Shown: positions 19,430-27,997, counted from the stretch's first letter. The stretch: 64,000 bases of DNA from Parcubacteria bacterium C7867-004 (GCA_001189075.1 LFCN01000006.1:17605-81604), one strand, 5' to 3'. The notes: generated by a model from the letters alone, not told the origin. Made by a program: numbers and translations.

Positions 19430-20173
19430 ATGGAGATAGTAACGATTCTGGGCATAGCATTAGCGGCCTCTCTGGCTACATTCATCGGAGGGCTCCTGGC
19501 GCTCAAGCTACGCGACAAGCTGCATCTCGTTCTTGGTTTCTCGGCCGGAGCAGTAATCGCGGTTGCGTTCTTCGACCTCATTCCTGAGGCGCTTGAGCTC
19601 GGTATCTCCTTCTTCGACCCGGCGACCGTAATCCTCGCGACTGCGATCGGCTTCTTCCTCTACATGGTCCTTGATCGCACCATCCTGCTGCACACGCATG
19701 CGGACGGCGACTCCGAAGAAGCACACGGGCACACGAAGAAGCGGGGGTGGATCGGTGCCGGATCGCTCTCAAGCCACAGCTTCCTCGACGGATTCGCCAT
19801 CGGCCTCGCCTTCCAAGCGTCGCCGGCCGTGGGTGCAGTTGTTGCGGTTGCGGTGCTCACTCACGATTTCTCAGATGGTATCAATACAGTGAATATGATC
19901 CTCAAGAATGGCGGCACGCGCAAAGAAGCGTTTCACTGGCTCGCGGTTGACGCGGCCGCTCCCCTGCTTGGTGCGACGGCCACCCTGTTCATTACGCTTC
20001 CCGCAAGCACGCTGTCGCTCGTACTCGCGCTCTTCGCGGGATTCTTCCTCTACATCGGTGCATCAGACCTGCTTCCGGAAAGCCACCATGCGCACCCGAA
20101 AGTAATGACGACCGTAATGACGCTCCTTGGTGCCGGTGTGCTCTATACCGTTATCACGCTTGCGGGCGTATAG
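19430..20173 (+). CDS. ZIP family metal (zinc) transporter, ZupT-like
   Basis: Polytopic protein with a His-rich loop HTHADGDSEEAHGHTKK and the ZIP signature HSFLDGFAIGLAF ... HDFSDG. Start taken at MEIVTILG. Confidence 0.75.
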   Translation: MEIVTILGIALAASLATFIGGLLALKLRDKLHLVLGFSAGAVIAVAFFDLIPEALELGISFFDPATVILATAIGFFLYMVLDRTILLHTHADGDSEEAHGHTKKRGWIGAGSLSSHSFLDGFAIGLAFQASPAVGAVVAVAVLTHDFSDGINTVNMILKNGGTRKEAFHWLAVDAAAPLLGATATLFITLPASTLSLVLALFAGFFLYIGASDLLPESHHAHPKVMTTVMTLLGAGVLYTVITLAGV

Positions 20174-20175
20174 CG

Positions 20176-20838
20176 TTACCTCGTCTCAAGCGTAGCGAGC
20201 ATTTCTAGGAGCGCCTTGTGCTCCGGAAGCGCGTTGATATCGAGATCGGGATTCGTCCAGTCGACGTTGCGTTCGAGGATATCGAATCGGAGGACATCAT
20301 TCTCGCGCTCAAGAAAGTAGGAGCTCAAGACCTGTCCCTCGAATCGTTCGATAACGGTTGAGCGGTACGTTCGGCCATTGATGAGGCTCGTCTCGAACCG
20401 GCTGAAGTCCTCTGCGGCCATATCTGATGGTTGATATCGGGTATGCGCCAGGATCACTTCATCCGGAGTCTTCCCTTCCGGAAGCGCGTAACGATAGAAC
20501 GAAAGGTAATGAAACTCTCCGCTTGGGGCGCTCATCTGATAGAAATGGAGCAGGTCTTCTTCCTTGCCATCAGCGCCCGGTAGCTGGACGCCGTCGACAT
20601 ACCCGGCTGGAAGGATAAATGATATCCCCGCTTCTGGTAACGAAGTGGCTGCGGACGTTGGGCAGGCAGCGAACGCGCACTCGGGTCCCGTGCGCCCGAC
20701 TGAGGATCCGTCAGGACAGATCATGGCTTCGAGCGTGCACCCAACCTGTTCGGTCGGTCTCTCAAGCGTATTGCGGTACAGAAAGATACCGAACGCGCCG
20801 ACGAGGATGAGGGCGAGCAAGGCGAGGAGCTGTTTCAT
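20176..20838 (-). CDS. hypothetical secreted protein
   Basis: Probable start MKQLLALLALILVGA (signal/TM), then a Cys-containing region CTLEAMICPDGSSVGRTGPECAFAACP. No recognisable domain. Confidence 0.4.
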   Translation of the reverse strand: MKQLLALLALILVGAFGIFLYRNTLERPTEQVGCTLEAMICPDGSSVGRTGPECAFAACPTSAATSLPEAGISFILPAGYVDGVQLPGADGKEEDLLHFYQMSAPSGEFHYLSFYRYALPEGKTPDEVILAHTRYQPSDMAAEDFSRFETSLINGRTYRSTVIERFEGQVLSSYFLERENDVLRFDILERNVDWTNPDLDINALPEHKALLEMLATLETR

Positions 20839-20842
20839 ATCG

Positions 20843-21238
20843 TTACTTCCGTATGGAATCGCGAATCTCCTCAAGCACGACGAGCTCCGCGCTCTTAACA
20901 GTAGGAGCAGCGGCCTCTTCTTCCTTCTTTACGCGTGCGAGCGCCTCCAGACGGTTCAACGTACGCACGAGCAGGAAGAGCGCGAACGCGGTGATGATAA
21001 AGGTCATCACCGACTGGATGAAGAGTCCGTACTGAATCTCTACACTTCCTCCGAGATTAACTACCAGATCCTTGAAGTCGATGCGCCCGAGTAGAAGACC
21101 GAGCGGCGGTGTAATGACATTCGTCACGAGCGAGTTCGTGACGTTGTTGAACGCCGTACCGATAACAACACCGATTGCGAGATCAATGACATTGCCACGC
21201 AGCGCGAACTTCTTGAACTCTTCGAGGAAGGATTTCAT
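20843..21238 (-). CDS. mscL: large-conductance mechanosensitive channel
   Basis: FKKFALRGNVIDLAIGVVIGTAFNNVTNSLVTNVITPPLGLL is canonical MscL; 131 aa. Confidence 0.92.
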   Translation of the reverse strand: MKSFLEEFKKFALRGNVIDLAIGVVIGTAFNNVTNSLVTNVITPPLGLLLGRIDFKDLVVNLGGSVEIQYGLFIQSVMTFIITAFALFLLVRTLNRLEALARVKKEEEAAAPTVKSAELVVLEEIRDSIRK

Positions 21239-21389
21239 ATTCTTGGGGCGGCTAGAGAGAATCGGACTCTCGATGCGGGTACCACAAACCCGAGTTTTAC
21301 CACTAAACTATAGCCGCCATGTCTGCGTAACGGAAATGCGTTACGTAGGAGCGTTATACCATAATTCGTCGGAAATACTGAGCGCGAAT

Positions 21390-21414
21390 GCGAAAAGCGC
21401 CCGGAGGCGCTTTC
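21390..21414 (-). terminator. terminator downstream of tRNA-Leu(GAG)
   Basis: Hairpin aaagcgcc-cgga-ggcgcttt, followed by a T-rich run on the minus strand. Confidence 0.6.
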
Positions 21415-21421
21415 GTCTTAG

Positions 21422-21503
21422 TGCCCAGGAGAGGACTTGAACCTCCACGCCTTGCGGCACATCCACCTCAAGGATGCATGTATACCAATTTCATCACCTG
21501 GGC
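21422..21503 (-). tRNA. tRNA-Leu(GAG), type II with long variable arm
   Basis: Reverse complement GCCCAGGTGATGAAATTGGTATACATGCATCCTTGAGGTGGATGTGCCGCAAGGCGTGGAGGTTCAAGTCCTCTCCTGGGCA. 7-bp acceptor, anticodon stem CATCC/GGATG, loop TTGAGGT, T-arm GGAGG-TTCAAGT-CCTCT. Confidence 0.85.
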
Positions 21504-21520
21504 AGGTGCGTGCTGTCTCT

Positions 21521-21564
21521 AAAAGAGGCGGCCCGCTTACTATAGCGGGCCGCCTCTTTTTTTA
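21521..21564. terminator. strong bidirectional terminator after rplS
   Basis: gaggcggcccgc-ttactata-gcgggccgcctc, a 12-bp GC-rich stem followed by a TTTTTTT run. Confidence 0.85.
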
Positions 21565-21580
21565 CAAATGTCTTGAAACG

Positions 21581-22132
21581 TTACGCGTTCTCGTCCTTCT
21601 TCTCTTCGCGGGACTCCTCTGCCGCTACTTCGGTAGGGGTCTCGACTCCTTCTTCGCCCGACTCGGCGACAACCTCGACCTCAGGAGTCTCGGTGGCGAG
21701 GACAACTTCCTCCTCGACCGGACTTCCCTCCTCCGCTACCTCGAGCTTCTCGGTCTCGGCGTAATCCTCGGTAGACATCTTAACCATGCGCATGTTGCGG
21801 AGCTGGCGACGAACCTCGCGAGCCACCTTATCGCGGATGAAGTAGAGCTTAGCGCGACGGACCTTCGAGCGCTTCGTGATCTCGATCTTATCGATGATCG
21901 GACTGTAGAGAGGGAAGATCTTCTCGACACCAATACCGGACATGACGGCGCGAACCGTGAAGGTAGCTCCGGCCTCGGTACCGTGCTTAACGGAAAGCAC
22001 GAGACCCTCGAATACCTGGAGGCGGGTCTTGCCCTTCTCGATGACTTTCTGGTGCACGCGCACAGTGTCTCCGGGGCGAACGCCAAGCTTGGCGCGCTCC
22101 ATGGTCGGGACAGGGGTTATAACGCTGTTCAT
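21581..22132 (-). CDS. rplS: 50S ribosomal protein L19 with a ~65-aa acidic C-terminal extension
   Basis: Start at MNSVITPVPTMERAKLGVRPGDTVRVHQKVIEKGKTRLQVFEGLVLS (L19 core). Tail KMSTEDYAETEKLEVAEEGSPVEEEVV...EESREEKKDENA. Confidence 0.85.
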   Translation of the reverse strand: MNSVITPVPTMERAKLGVRPGDTVRVHQKVIEKGKTRLQVFEGLVLSVKHGTEAGATFTVRAVMSGIGVEKIFPLYSPIIDKIEITKRSKVRRAKLYFIRDKVAREVRRQLRNMRMVKMSTEDYAETEKLEVAEEGSPVEEEVVLATETPEVEVVAESGEEGVETPTEVAAEESREEKKDENA

Positions 22133-22157
22133 AGTGGTCAGAACTGTATCACAGCAG

Positions 22158-22898
22158 CTACGAGCGGGCAATGAATGCCTCGCTTCCCGGGAATTTCTGA
22201 GCTGCGGCGAGCATATCGGCTGGCAGTGGCGCGATGATCTCCTTCCGAGACCCATCGAGCATCGGTAGGTCCAAACTATAGGCATGGAGACCGAGACGCG
22301 TGAGTCCGAGGTCGCACGGCTTCCCTTCCGCATAGAGCGGGTCGCACACCACCGGATGATGGAGCGCCTTCAGATGAACGCGTATCTGATGGGTCCTGCC
22401 CGTTTCTGGCATGACACGGACCATGGAGTGCGTACCTATGTCGCTCACTACTTCATACCGCGTAAGCGCATCGCGGAGCGTGCCTTTCGCCTTCGGCTGT
22501 GCGCTCCGGAGCCTAAAGTCCTTCCGGCTACGTCCTATGGAGAACTCGATCACCCCTTTCTCCTCCTTGAGGGTTCCATACACGAACGCTAGGTACGTCT
22601 TCTTTGCTTCCCGCTCCTGGAACACGGCCTTCAGGTGCGCATGCGACTCGGGGGTCTTCGCGAAGATGAGCACGCCGCTCGTGTCGCGATCAAGCCGATG
22701 CACTACGCCCGGACGCGCTATCTCGGTACCGTTCGTAAGTCGCTGCATCTCTCCCACCTCTTTCGAGTCAGGATAGTGTGCCGCGAACCAGTCGCTCGCC
22801 GTCTCATCGGTGGTGTGTCCGTCCGGGTGCGTCATGACGCCCGCAGGCTTTGCTATTGCAACGAGGTCATCGTCTTCATATATGACGGGGAGTTCCAT
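22158..22898 (-). CDS. RluA-family pseudouridine synthase
   Basis: Catalytic motif VVHRLDRDTSGVLIFAKT and a downstream RluA-family block HQIRVHL. Confidence 0.85.
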   Translation of the reverse strand: MELPVIYEDDDLVAIAKPAGVMTHPDGHTTDETASDWFAAHYPDSKEVGEMQRLTNGTEIARPGVVHRLDRDTSGVLIFAKTPESHAHLKAVFQEREAKKTYLAFVYGTLKEEKGVIEFSIGRSRKDFRLRSAQPKAKGTLRDALTRYEVVSDIGTHSMVRVMPETGRTHQIRVHLKALHHPVVCDPLYAEGKPCDLGLTRLGLHAYSLDLPMLDGSRKEIIAPLPADMLAAAQKFPGSEAFIARS

Positions 22899-22993
22899 AG
22901 ACTCACCCTACCCTCTCCTACGGTTATCCGCTAGCAACTGGAGCATAGGGGTTACTTCAAAAACTTCCTGATATGCGGTATGGTTCTACCCAA

Positions 22994-23066
22994 GGGCGAT
23001 TAGCTCAGTTGGTAGAGCGCTTCATTTACACTGAAGATGTCGGGGGTTCGAGCCCTCCATCGCCCA
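22994..23066 (+). tRNA. tRNA-Val(TAC)
   Basis: GGGCGATTAGCTCAGTTGGTAGAGCGCTTCATTTACACTGAAGATGTCGGGGGTTCGAGCCCTCCATCGCCCA. Anticodon stem CTTCA/TGAAG, loop TTTACAC. Confidence 0.85.
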
Positions 23067-23076
23067 CCCAAAAGAA

Positions 23077-23110
23077 AAGCCGCTCAGCTGAGCGGCTTCG
23101 TTCGTTCTTT
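23077..23110. terminator. terminator after tRNA-Val, also downstream of the clpP-like gene on the opposite strand
   Basis: Hairpin aagccgctcagctgagcggctt followed by a T-rich tract. Confidence 0.7.
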
Positions 23111-23111
23111 A

Positions 23112-23645
23112 CTAGGGATACACGACTTCGTCGACAATACCGAGACGCTTTGCGTCTACCCCGGTGAAGTACTTCTGTTCGCGGGACCAGCGTTGCCAAT
23201 CGCTAATGGACTGCCCGCTTCTGCGACTGAAGCAGGCGATATGATCCTGATGCTCGGTCATGCTGGCGCGCACGATGTTGAGGAAGTTCGGATCATCTAC
23301 CCGCACTCCGGTGAGGTCCGGCGCATGGAACATCAGGTCGGCGTGCGGGTAGGCCTTCCGCACATCGCATGCTTGCAGGATATTGAATGCTGCGGAGAAC
23401 GCACGCCCGATAACGAGCCCGTGCACGGGAGCGTTTGAGTTAGCCAGCACATCCGCTATGTGGAAATGCGTGGGAACGGACCCTCCTCTTGAATCTATAT
23501 ACAGGCTGATGGCGGTACTCTCATCTCGCATATTCAAATAGAATACCGAATCGATAATCCGCTTCTGCAGTTCGTCGTCGATCGGACCGCTAATGAGGAT
23601 CATCCGTCGCGCGAGGAGCGCGGCATCCGCCTCGTTCAAGCTCAT
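23112..23645 (-). CDS. clpP: ClpP-family serine protease subunit (orphan, no clpX adjacent)
   Basis: ILISGPIDDELQKRIIDSVFYLN ... ISLYIDSRGGSV ... GRAFSAAFNIL (Ser) ... MFHAP (His) is a ClpP/S14 layout. The ORF-track N-terminal extension overlaps two tRNAs, so the start is set at the internal Met (MSLNEADAALL). Confidence 0.65.
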   Translation of the reverse strand: MSLNEADAALLARRMILISGPIDDELQKRIIDSVFYLNMRDESTAISLYIDSRGGSVPTHFHIADVLANSNAPVHGLVIGRAFSAAFNILQACDVRKAYPHADLMFHAPDLTGVRVDDPNFLNIVRASMTEHQDHIACFSRRSGQSISDWQRWSREQKYFTGVDAKRLGIVDEVVYP

Positions 23646-23768
23646 GGCGTTCTCCCGCAAGGTTGTTGGAAACTTCTTCCGTAAGCGTATACCCTGCCAC
23701 CCGTTCGGCAAACGCTCATGACTGACAGAAAGAGCCCGATGTTCGCGCATCGGGCTCTTTCGCTGCAG

Positions 23769-23850
23769 TGCGCACGAGAGGACTTGAACCTCCAAGGATT
23801 GCTCCATACGCTTCTGAGACGTACGCGTATACCAGTTCCGCCACGTGCGC
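23769..23850 (-). tRNA. tRNA-Leu(CAG), type II
   Basis: Reverse complement GCGCACGTGGCGGAACTGGTATACGCGTACGTCTCAGAAGCGTATGGAGCAATCCTTGGAGGTTCAAGTCCTCTCGTGCGCA. Anticodon stem TACGT/GCGTA, loop CTCAGAA. Confidence 0.8.
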
Positions 23851-23891
23851 GCACCTGCAGACTCTAGCATTCGCAGGGGATTCAGAACATG

Positions 23892-23963
23892 TGCCTCCAG
23901 CTGGAATCGAACCAACATCGACGGCTTAGAAGTCCGCAGCTCTATCCATTGAGCTATGGAGGC
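23892..23963 (-). tRNA. tRNA-Arg(TCT)
   Basis: Reverse complement GCCTCCATAGCTCAATGGATAGAGCTGCGGACTTCTAAGCCGTCGATGTTGGTTCGATTCCAGCTGGAGGCA. Loop CTTCTAA. One A:G mismatch at the loop-closing pair. Confidence 0.75.
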
Positions 23964-23972
23964 CTTGTCACC

Positions 23973-24281
23973 TTATCCGCCCGGAAGGGACGGGTCAACG
24001 AACCGGTACTCCTGGCGATAGCGGAGCTCTTCCGCCTTCCTCTTCTCGAAGATCGCCCGAACCGAATCTATAGGCGCCGCTTCGAATCCTTGTACGGGCG
24101 CCTGCGTGCCGATGGTCTCACCCCGTTCGACTTTCGTAAGGAGCCAGACATTCCAGACGACACTCGCGAGCACCAGTATGAGCGCGGCAGCAAGAAGCAT
24201 GAACCAATCTCGCGCGGGATGCATGCGTTCTCCGTAGCTGAATCGCCGGAGAATGGAGCTTGTGTCAAAAGGAATTTTCAT
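23973..24281 (-). CDS. small single-TM protein, possibly a pilus-assembly accessory (PilP-like position)
   Basis: 102 aa with a TM helix WFMLLAAALILVLASVVWNVWLL, immediately downstream of the pilM/N/O-like genes. Confidence 0.35.
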   Translation of the reverse strand: MKIPFDTSSILRRFSYGERMHPARDWFMLLAAALILVLASVVWNVWLLTKVERGETIGTQAPVQGFEAAPIDSVRAIFEKRKAEELRYRQEYRFVDPSLPGG

Positions 24282-24286
24282 AAGGG

Positions 24287-24832
24287 TTATGGGGCGTCCG
24301 CGGGCCGGGTGCCGATATCGAAGGTTGCGGCGGCGGACCAGGCGGTTGTAGTTGCTCCAGCGGAAGCCGTATCGAACGTAAGACTCGTAAGCACGCTGTC
24401 GTACGGACCGTACTCTATCGCCCCGAGCGTTCGGATAACCGAATCGAACGGGCCGGTGATCTTGAGAGAGAGTGAGAGGTGGTCTCGATCTACGCCGGCG
24501 TTCTTAGCGGGATTCGCCGCAACCGACAGGACTTCGACATCAGCGGCGAAACCCTTGCCCGTCTGCTCAAGGGATTCAAGGAACGGCACGATACCGCTGG
24601 CGGGTACGAAATACTGACGTATGCCAGCCTCTTCCTCGCCGAGCGATGAGAGCGCGGCCTTGGCAGCCTGGATGCGCGAAGATTCCTGGCTCTTCGTCTG
24701 TATGTCGACAGCGAGCTTGCTTGCGGTAGCGCTCATCGTACTTACGCGGTTATACCAGAAGGCATAGGCACCGATGAGCAAGCCAAGGAGCACGACCGCC
24801 AGTATGAATTGTATGAAAGCTGCGCGTCTCAT
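24287..24832 (-). CDS. pilO: type IV pilus assembly protein PilO-like
   Basis: N-terminal TM (FIQFILAVVLLGLLIGAYAFWY) followed by a coiled-coil and periplasmic domain. Third gene in a pilM-pilN-pilO arrangement. Confidence 0.5.
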   Translation of the reverse strand: MRRAAFIQFILAVVLLGLLIGAYAFWYNRVSTMSATASKLAVDIQTKSQESSRIQAAKAALSSLGEEEAGIRQYFVPASGIVPFLESLEQTGKGFAADVEVLSVAANPAKNAGVDRDHLSLSLKITGPFDSVIRTLGAIEYGPYDSVLTSLTFDTASAGATTTAWSAAATFDIGTRPADAP

Positions 24833-25389
24833 GGCATCAAGGAACCCGTAAGGGTTATGGTGAATGATATATCGCTTTCTTTCGCGTACGCGCTGATCGG
24901 CAAGTCCGTAGCAGACACATACGGCTCGCGCGCGAGAGCCGCTTCGTAGCTCCGGAGCGCTTCACGCGTGGTCGCCATTCCCGTAAGGGTCATACGCGCC
25001 TCGGCCTTATCTTTCGCAGGAGTGTAGGTGAACCCGGAAAGCGTGATACCCAGATGAGGCACCCTGAGAATAGCCGCAATAACGGAGCTCGCTGCCGGCG
25101 TCGTCTCAAGCTTAGCCAGATATTTCGTGTCCTTCGCGAGTGCGAGGACGCGCGCGCTCACCTGCTTCTCTTCGTCTCCTGCAAGCGAAGCGGAGAGCGT
25201 GTCGACCAACTCCTGTCGTTCCCGTACCTGACCTCCGAGGTACAAGTACGATGGCAGCAAGAAGACGCCGTGAATTATCACGACGCCCGCAAGGACGAGC
25301 ACGCCGACCGTCATGAGTCGCAGGAAATACAGTTTCCGGAGCGCACGTCCGCGCTCTGCCGGGAGAAGATTGGTAAGTTCAAGAGCCAT
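24829..25389 (-). CDS. pilN: type IV pilus assembly protein PilN-like
   Basis: Short cytoplasmic N-terminus (LLPAERGRALRKLYFLR) and TM typical of PilN; directly follows pilM. Confidence 0.55.
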   Translation of the reverse strand: MALELTNLLPAERGRALRKLYFLRLMTVGVLVLAGVVIIHGVFLLPSYLYLGGQVRERQELVDTLSASLAGDEEKQVSARVLALAKDTKYLAKLETTPAASSVIAAILRVPHLGITLSGFTYTPAKDKAEARMTLTGMATTREALRSYEAALAREPYVSATDLPISAYAKESDISFTITLTGSLMP

Positions 25390-25391
25390 AA

Positions 25392-26477
25392 CTACGGTAC
25401 GTATTCACGGAGCGCGAGCCCGATAGCGGGCGCATAGGCCAGCGACTCGAGATAATCGAGCGGCGGAAGCCAGTGATCGCGGGACGCGAGGTTCGCAAAC
25501 ACGTCGCCGAGCTCGACCGGTATCTTAAGACTCGTCTCGAGATACTCGGAGAGTCCGCGGATCGTGCCGTTCCCACCCACCAGTATCGCGCGTGTTACCG
25601 GCTCATGTGACCCGTCTCCCGCGCTTCGGGTCTGCCAATACTCGAGCCTCCGCACAATCTCCTCGCGGATAACGGAAACCGTTGAGAGCATCGCGGCAAT
25701 GTACTCGTCATTCGCTTCCCCGCTCACTAGGCCCCGCTCCGCCTTCACGCGCTTAGCTTCTTCCTCAGTTACCCCAAAGTGCTTCTGTACGGCGAGTGTG
25801 AGCGCATGCCCGCCGATATCGAGCGTCGTTGCAAAGCGCGGGATACGACGACTGACGATGACCAGCTTTGTGGTGGTCCGTCCGATGTCGATTATGAGCA
25901 CGGTCTCGGTATCGCCATGCGGAAGGAGCGCGCGCGGTACGGAGAACGTCTCGCTCTCGACCGACCGCACCTCGATTCCCACCTCATCGAACAAGGAGAG
26001 CGTCTCTTCGATGACCCGGCGCGCGTATCCTACCCCCACCACCGGCATCAGTTCACCCGGAAGTCCGACCGGTGCGATATCGAATGCTACTTCCGCCGGG
26101 GGGAGCGGCACGAACTCATCAAGATGCCCCTCAACGGCGGTCTTCCATTCCGAGATCGTCCGTCCCGGTACGCTCGCCTCGAAAGGATAGCTCCTTGATT
26201 CCGGCATCGCGATATTCGCGAACTGGATCCGATTCTCTTTGGTCAGCGCGCGCAGCGCATTCAGGACTGCAGGTCGGTCGGTTATCTCGCCGCCTGTTAC
26301 CGCACCCGGTGCAAGACGTTCCTCGCCGTACGCATGGAGCTTCAGTCCGCCCACATGCTCCTTAAGGAGCGCGAGCTTCACGCCGCTCGCTGATATGTCG
26401 ATGCCTGCGGTAGGCAGCGTAAGATAGCGCGGTGGCGCGAGTTCGATACGCAAGAAACGAGAAAGGACATTCGGCAT
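25392..26477 (-). CDS. pilM: type IV pilus assembly protein PilM (actin-like ATPase fold)
   Basis: GIDISASGVKLALL ... LIIDIGRTTTKLVIVS ... ILVGGNGTIRGLSEYL are actin/FtsA-like PilM blocks. Start at MPNVLSRF. Confidence 0.75.
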   Translation of the reverse strand: MPNVLSRFLRIELAPPRYLTLPTAGIDISASGVKLALLKEHVGGLKLHAYGEERLAPGAVTGGEITDRPAVLNALRALTKENRIQFANIAMPESRSYPFEASVPGRTISEWKTAVEGHLDEFVPLPPAEVAFDIAPVGLPGELMPVVGVGYARRVIEETLSLFDEVGIEVRSVESETFSVPRALLPHGDTETVLIIDIGRTTTKLVIVSRRIPRFATTLDIGGHALTLAVQKHFGVTEEEAKRVKAERGLVSGEANDEYIAAMLSTVSVIREEIVRRLEYWQTRSAGDGSHEPVTRAILVGGNGTIRGLSEYLETSLKIPVELGDVFANLASRDHWLPPLDYLESLAYAPAIGLALREYVP

Positions 26478-26535
26478 GATGATGTCGATAGTATAGCGCG
26501 CGCAGCGGACCCACGCGCCAACATACTGAAGAAAA

Positions 26536-26877
26536 CTAGTGCGCGCTCGTACCGGGTGGAACCAAACGGTCAGTCGTGACGAATGCGAACGTATCTCCGT
26601 CCCCGACCGCAAACAACATGCCGTTGCTCTCCAATCCTTTTATGGTCCTCGGTTCGAGATTCGTAACGAACGCGAGCTGGCGTTCCACGAGATCCTCAGG
26701 CTCGCTCACGTATGCCTGGATACCGGATACGATCTGACGCGGACCGGCCTCTTCACCGAAGTCGACGGTTAGTCGCAGGAGCCTCTCCGTCTCAGGGACA
26801 CGCTCGGCTGTCTTCACGGTCCCAATTTTCACTTCTATCTTCGCGAACTCATCTATCGATATCCGAGGCTTATCCAT
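26536..26877 (-). CDS. stand-alone tRNA-binding domain protein (Trbp111/CsaA/EMAP-like; homologous to the MetRS C-terminal domain)
   Basis: DEFAKIEVKIGTVKTAERVPETERLLRLTVDFGEEAGPRQIVSGIQAYV...GMLFA matches the OB-fold tRNA-binding domain signature. Confidence 0.8.
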   Translation of the reverse strand: MDKPRISIDEFAKIEVKIGTVKTAERVPETERLLRLTVDFGEEAGPRQIVSGIQAYVSEPEDLVERQLAFVTNLEPRTIKGLESNGMLFAVGDGDTFAFVTTDRLVPPGTSAH

Positions 26878-27274
26878 GCTGCTTGGTAAGGAAACTGGTA
26901 AGGATGAGCGCTGCTGCCGAAGCGTCTACTTCGGTTCGTCCCGCTCCTGAAGGCCGGAGTCCGTCGAACCCGCGTCTTGCTTCCTGGGTCGTGAGCATCT
27001 CCGGCTCAAAGGAGACTGAAATGGAAGAACGGCGCTCGAGCAGCTGCGCGAATGCTTTCGCTTCCTTGTGGATGGCGTTCTCGTTCCCTGCGAAATCAAG
27101 CGACTCCCCCATCACCACCGCACCCACTTCCTTGCGCTCGATGAGCGAGAGGATCTCGTCGATAAGACGCCCGTCGTTCGGCATGATGCCGTGCGGGAAG
27201 CCCATCTGCCCCGCTTCATCCGAGAGCGCGAGGCCTACTTTCTTCGAGCCGAAATCGATGCCGAGATACCGCAT
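26870..27274 (-). CDS. ruvX: Holliday junction resolvase-like protein RuvX/YqgF
   Basis: MRYLGIDFGSKKVGLALSDE ... AVVMGESLDFAGNENAIHKEAKAFAQLL is canonical YqgF. Confidence 0.85.
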   Translation of the reverse strand: MRYLGIDFGSKKVGLALSDEAGQMGFPHGIMPNDGRLIDEILSLIERKEVGAVVMGESLDFAGNENAIHKEAKAFAQLLERRSSISVSFEPEMLTTQEARRGFDGLRPSGAGRTEVDASAAALILTSFLTKQHG

Positions 27275-27334
27275 GCTGAAATCGTACACGTACGCCGCCC
27301 TCCGTGCTACACTCCCCACCGTACGCCAAGATAC

Positions 27335-27419
27335 GGAGAGATGCGTGAGCGGTCGAAACGAGCGGTCTTGAAAACCGCCAGGCCGAAAGGTCTCGTGGGT
27401 TCGAATCCCACTCTCTCCG
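27335..27419 (+). tRNA. tRNA-Ser(TGA), type II
   Basis: GGAGAGATGCGTGAGCGGTCGAAACGAGCGGTCTTGAAAACCGCCAGGCCGAAAGGTCTCGTGGGTTCGAATCCCACTCTCTCCG. Anticodon stem GCGGT/ACCGC, loop CTTGAAA. Confidence 0.85.
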
Positions 27420-27480
27420 CTACGATACAGTGTTAGTTTCAGGAATCTAGGGGTGCGCGAGTGCTATCATTCCTTTATAT

Positions 27481-27954
27481 ATGGCTCGCGCAGTTTTCTT
27501 CGAATGGGAAGCGACCGAATACGCCTTCGAGCAGAAAGGTGCTGATTGGTATTGGGCGCTCGGTATCATCGCGGTTGCTATCGCTATAACGAGCATCCTG
27601 TTTGGAAACGTCATCCTCGCACTGCTCGTTCTCGCAGCATCCGGCACGCTTGCGATAGCAGTTGCCAAGCACCCAAGAACGCATCTGTTCCGGGTAACTG
27701 ACGAAGGAGTGATGATCGACGAGAACCTCTATACCTACGAGCACATCCTATCGTTCTCGATTCTTGAGTATCTTGATCCTGCATTCCCAACCGCGCTCTC
27801 GATTAAGACGTCGCGCATCTTCGCGCCGCACCTCCTTATCCCTATCGTAGGTCCCGATCCGATGGAGGTTTATGAGTTCTTCGTCCGGCACGTCGAGGAA
27901 GGCAAGCATGACGAGTCGCTCGTCGATCGCATCATCGAACTGCTTCGGCTGTAG
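27481..27954 (+). CDS. hypothetical membrane protein
   Basis: 157 aa with two adjacent TM helices near the N-terminus and a soluble C-terminal domain. No motif recognised. Confidence 0.4.
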   Translation: MARAVFFEWEATEYAFEQKGADWYWALGIIAVAIAITSILFGNVILALLVLAASGTLAIAVAKHPRTHLFRVTDEGVMIDENLYTYEHILSFSILEYLDPAFPTALSIKTSRIFAPHLLIPIVGPDPMEVYEFFVRHVEEGKHDESLVDRIIELLRL

Positions 27955-27997
27955 CTTCGGTTGCGATTAGGGCCCGAAAACGGTAGAGTCCTGTTAC

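Noticed and set aside
23646-23918. N-terminal 91-aa extension of the clpP-like ORF as called by the ORF track
   Set aside because: It would read straight through tRNA-Leu(CAG) and tRNA-Arg(TCT) on the same strand, so the gene must start at the internal Met (23645).
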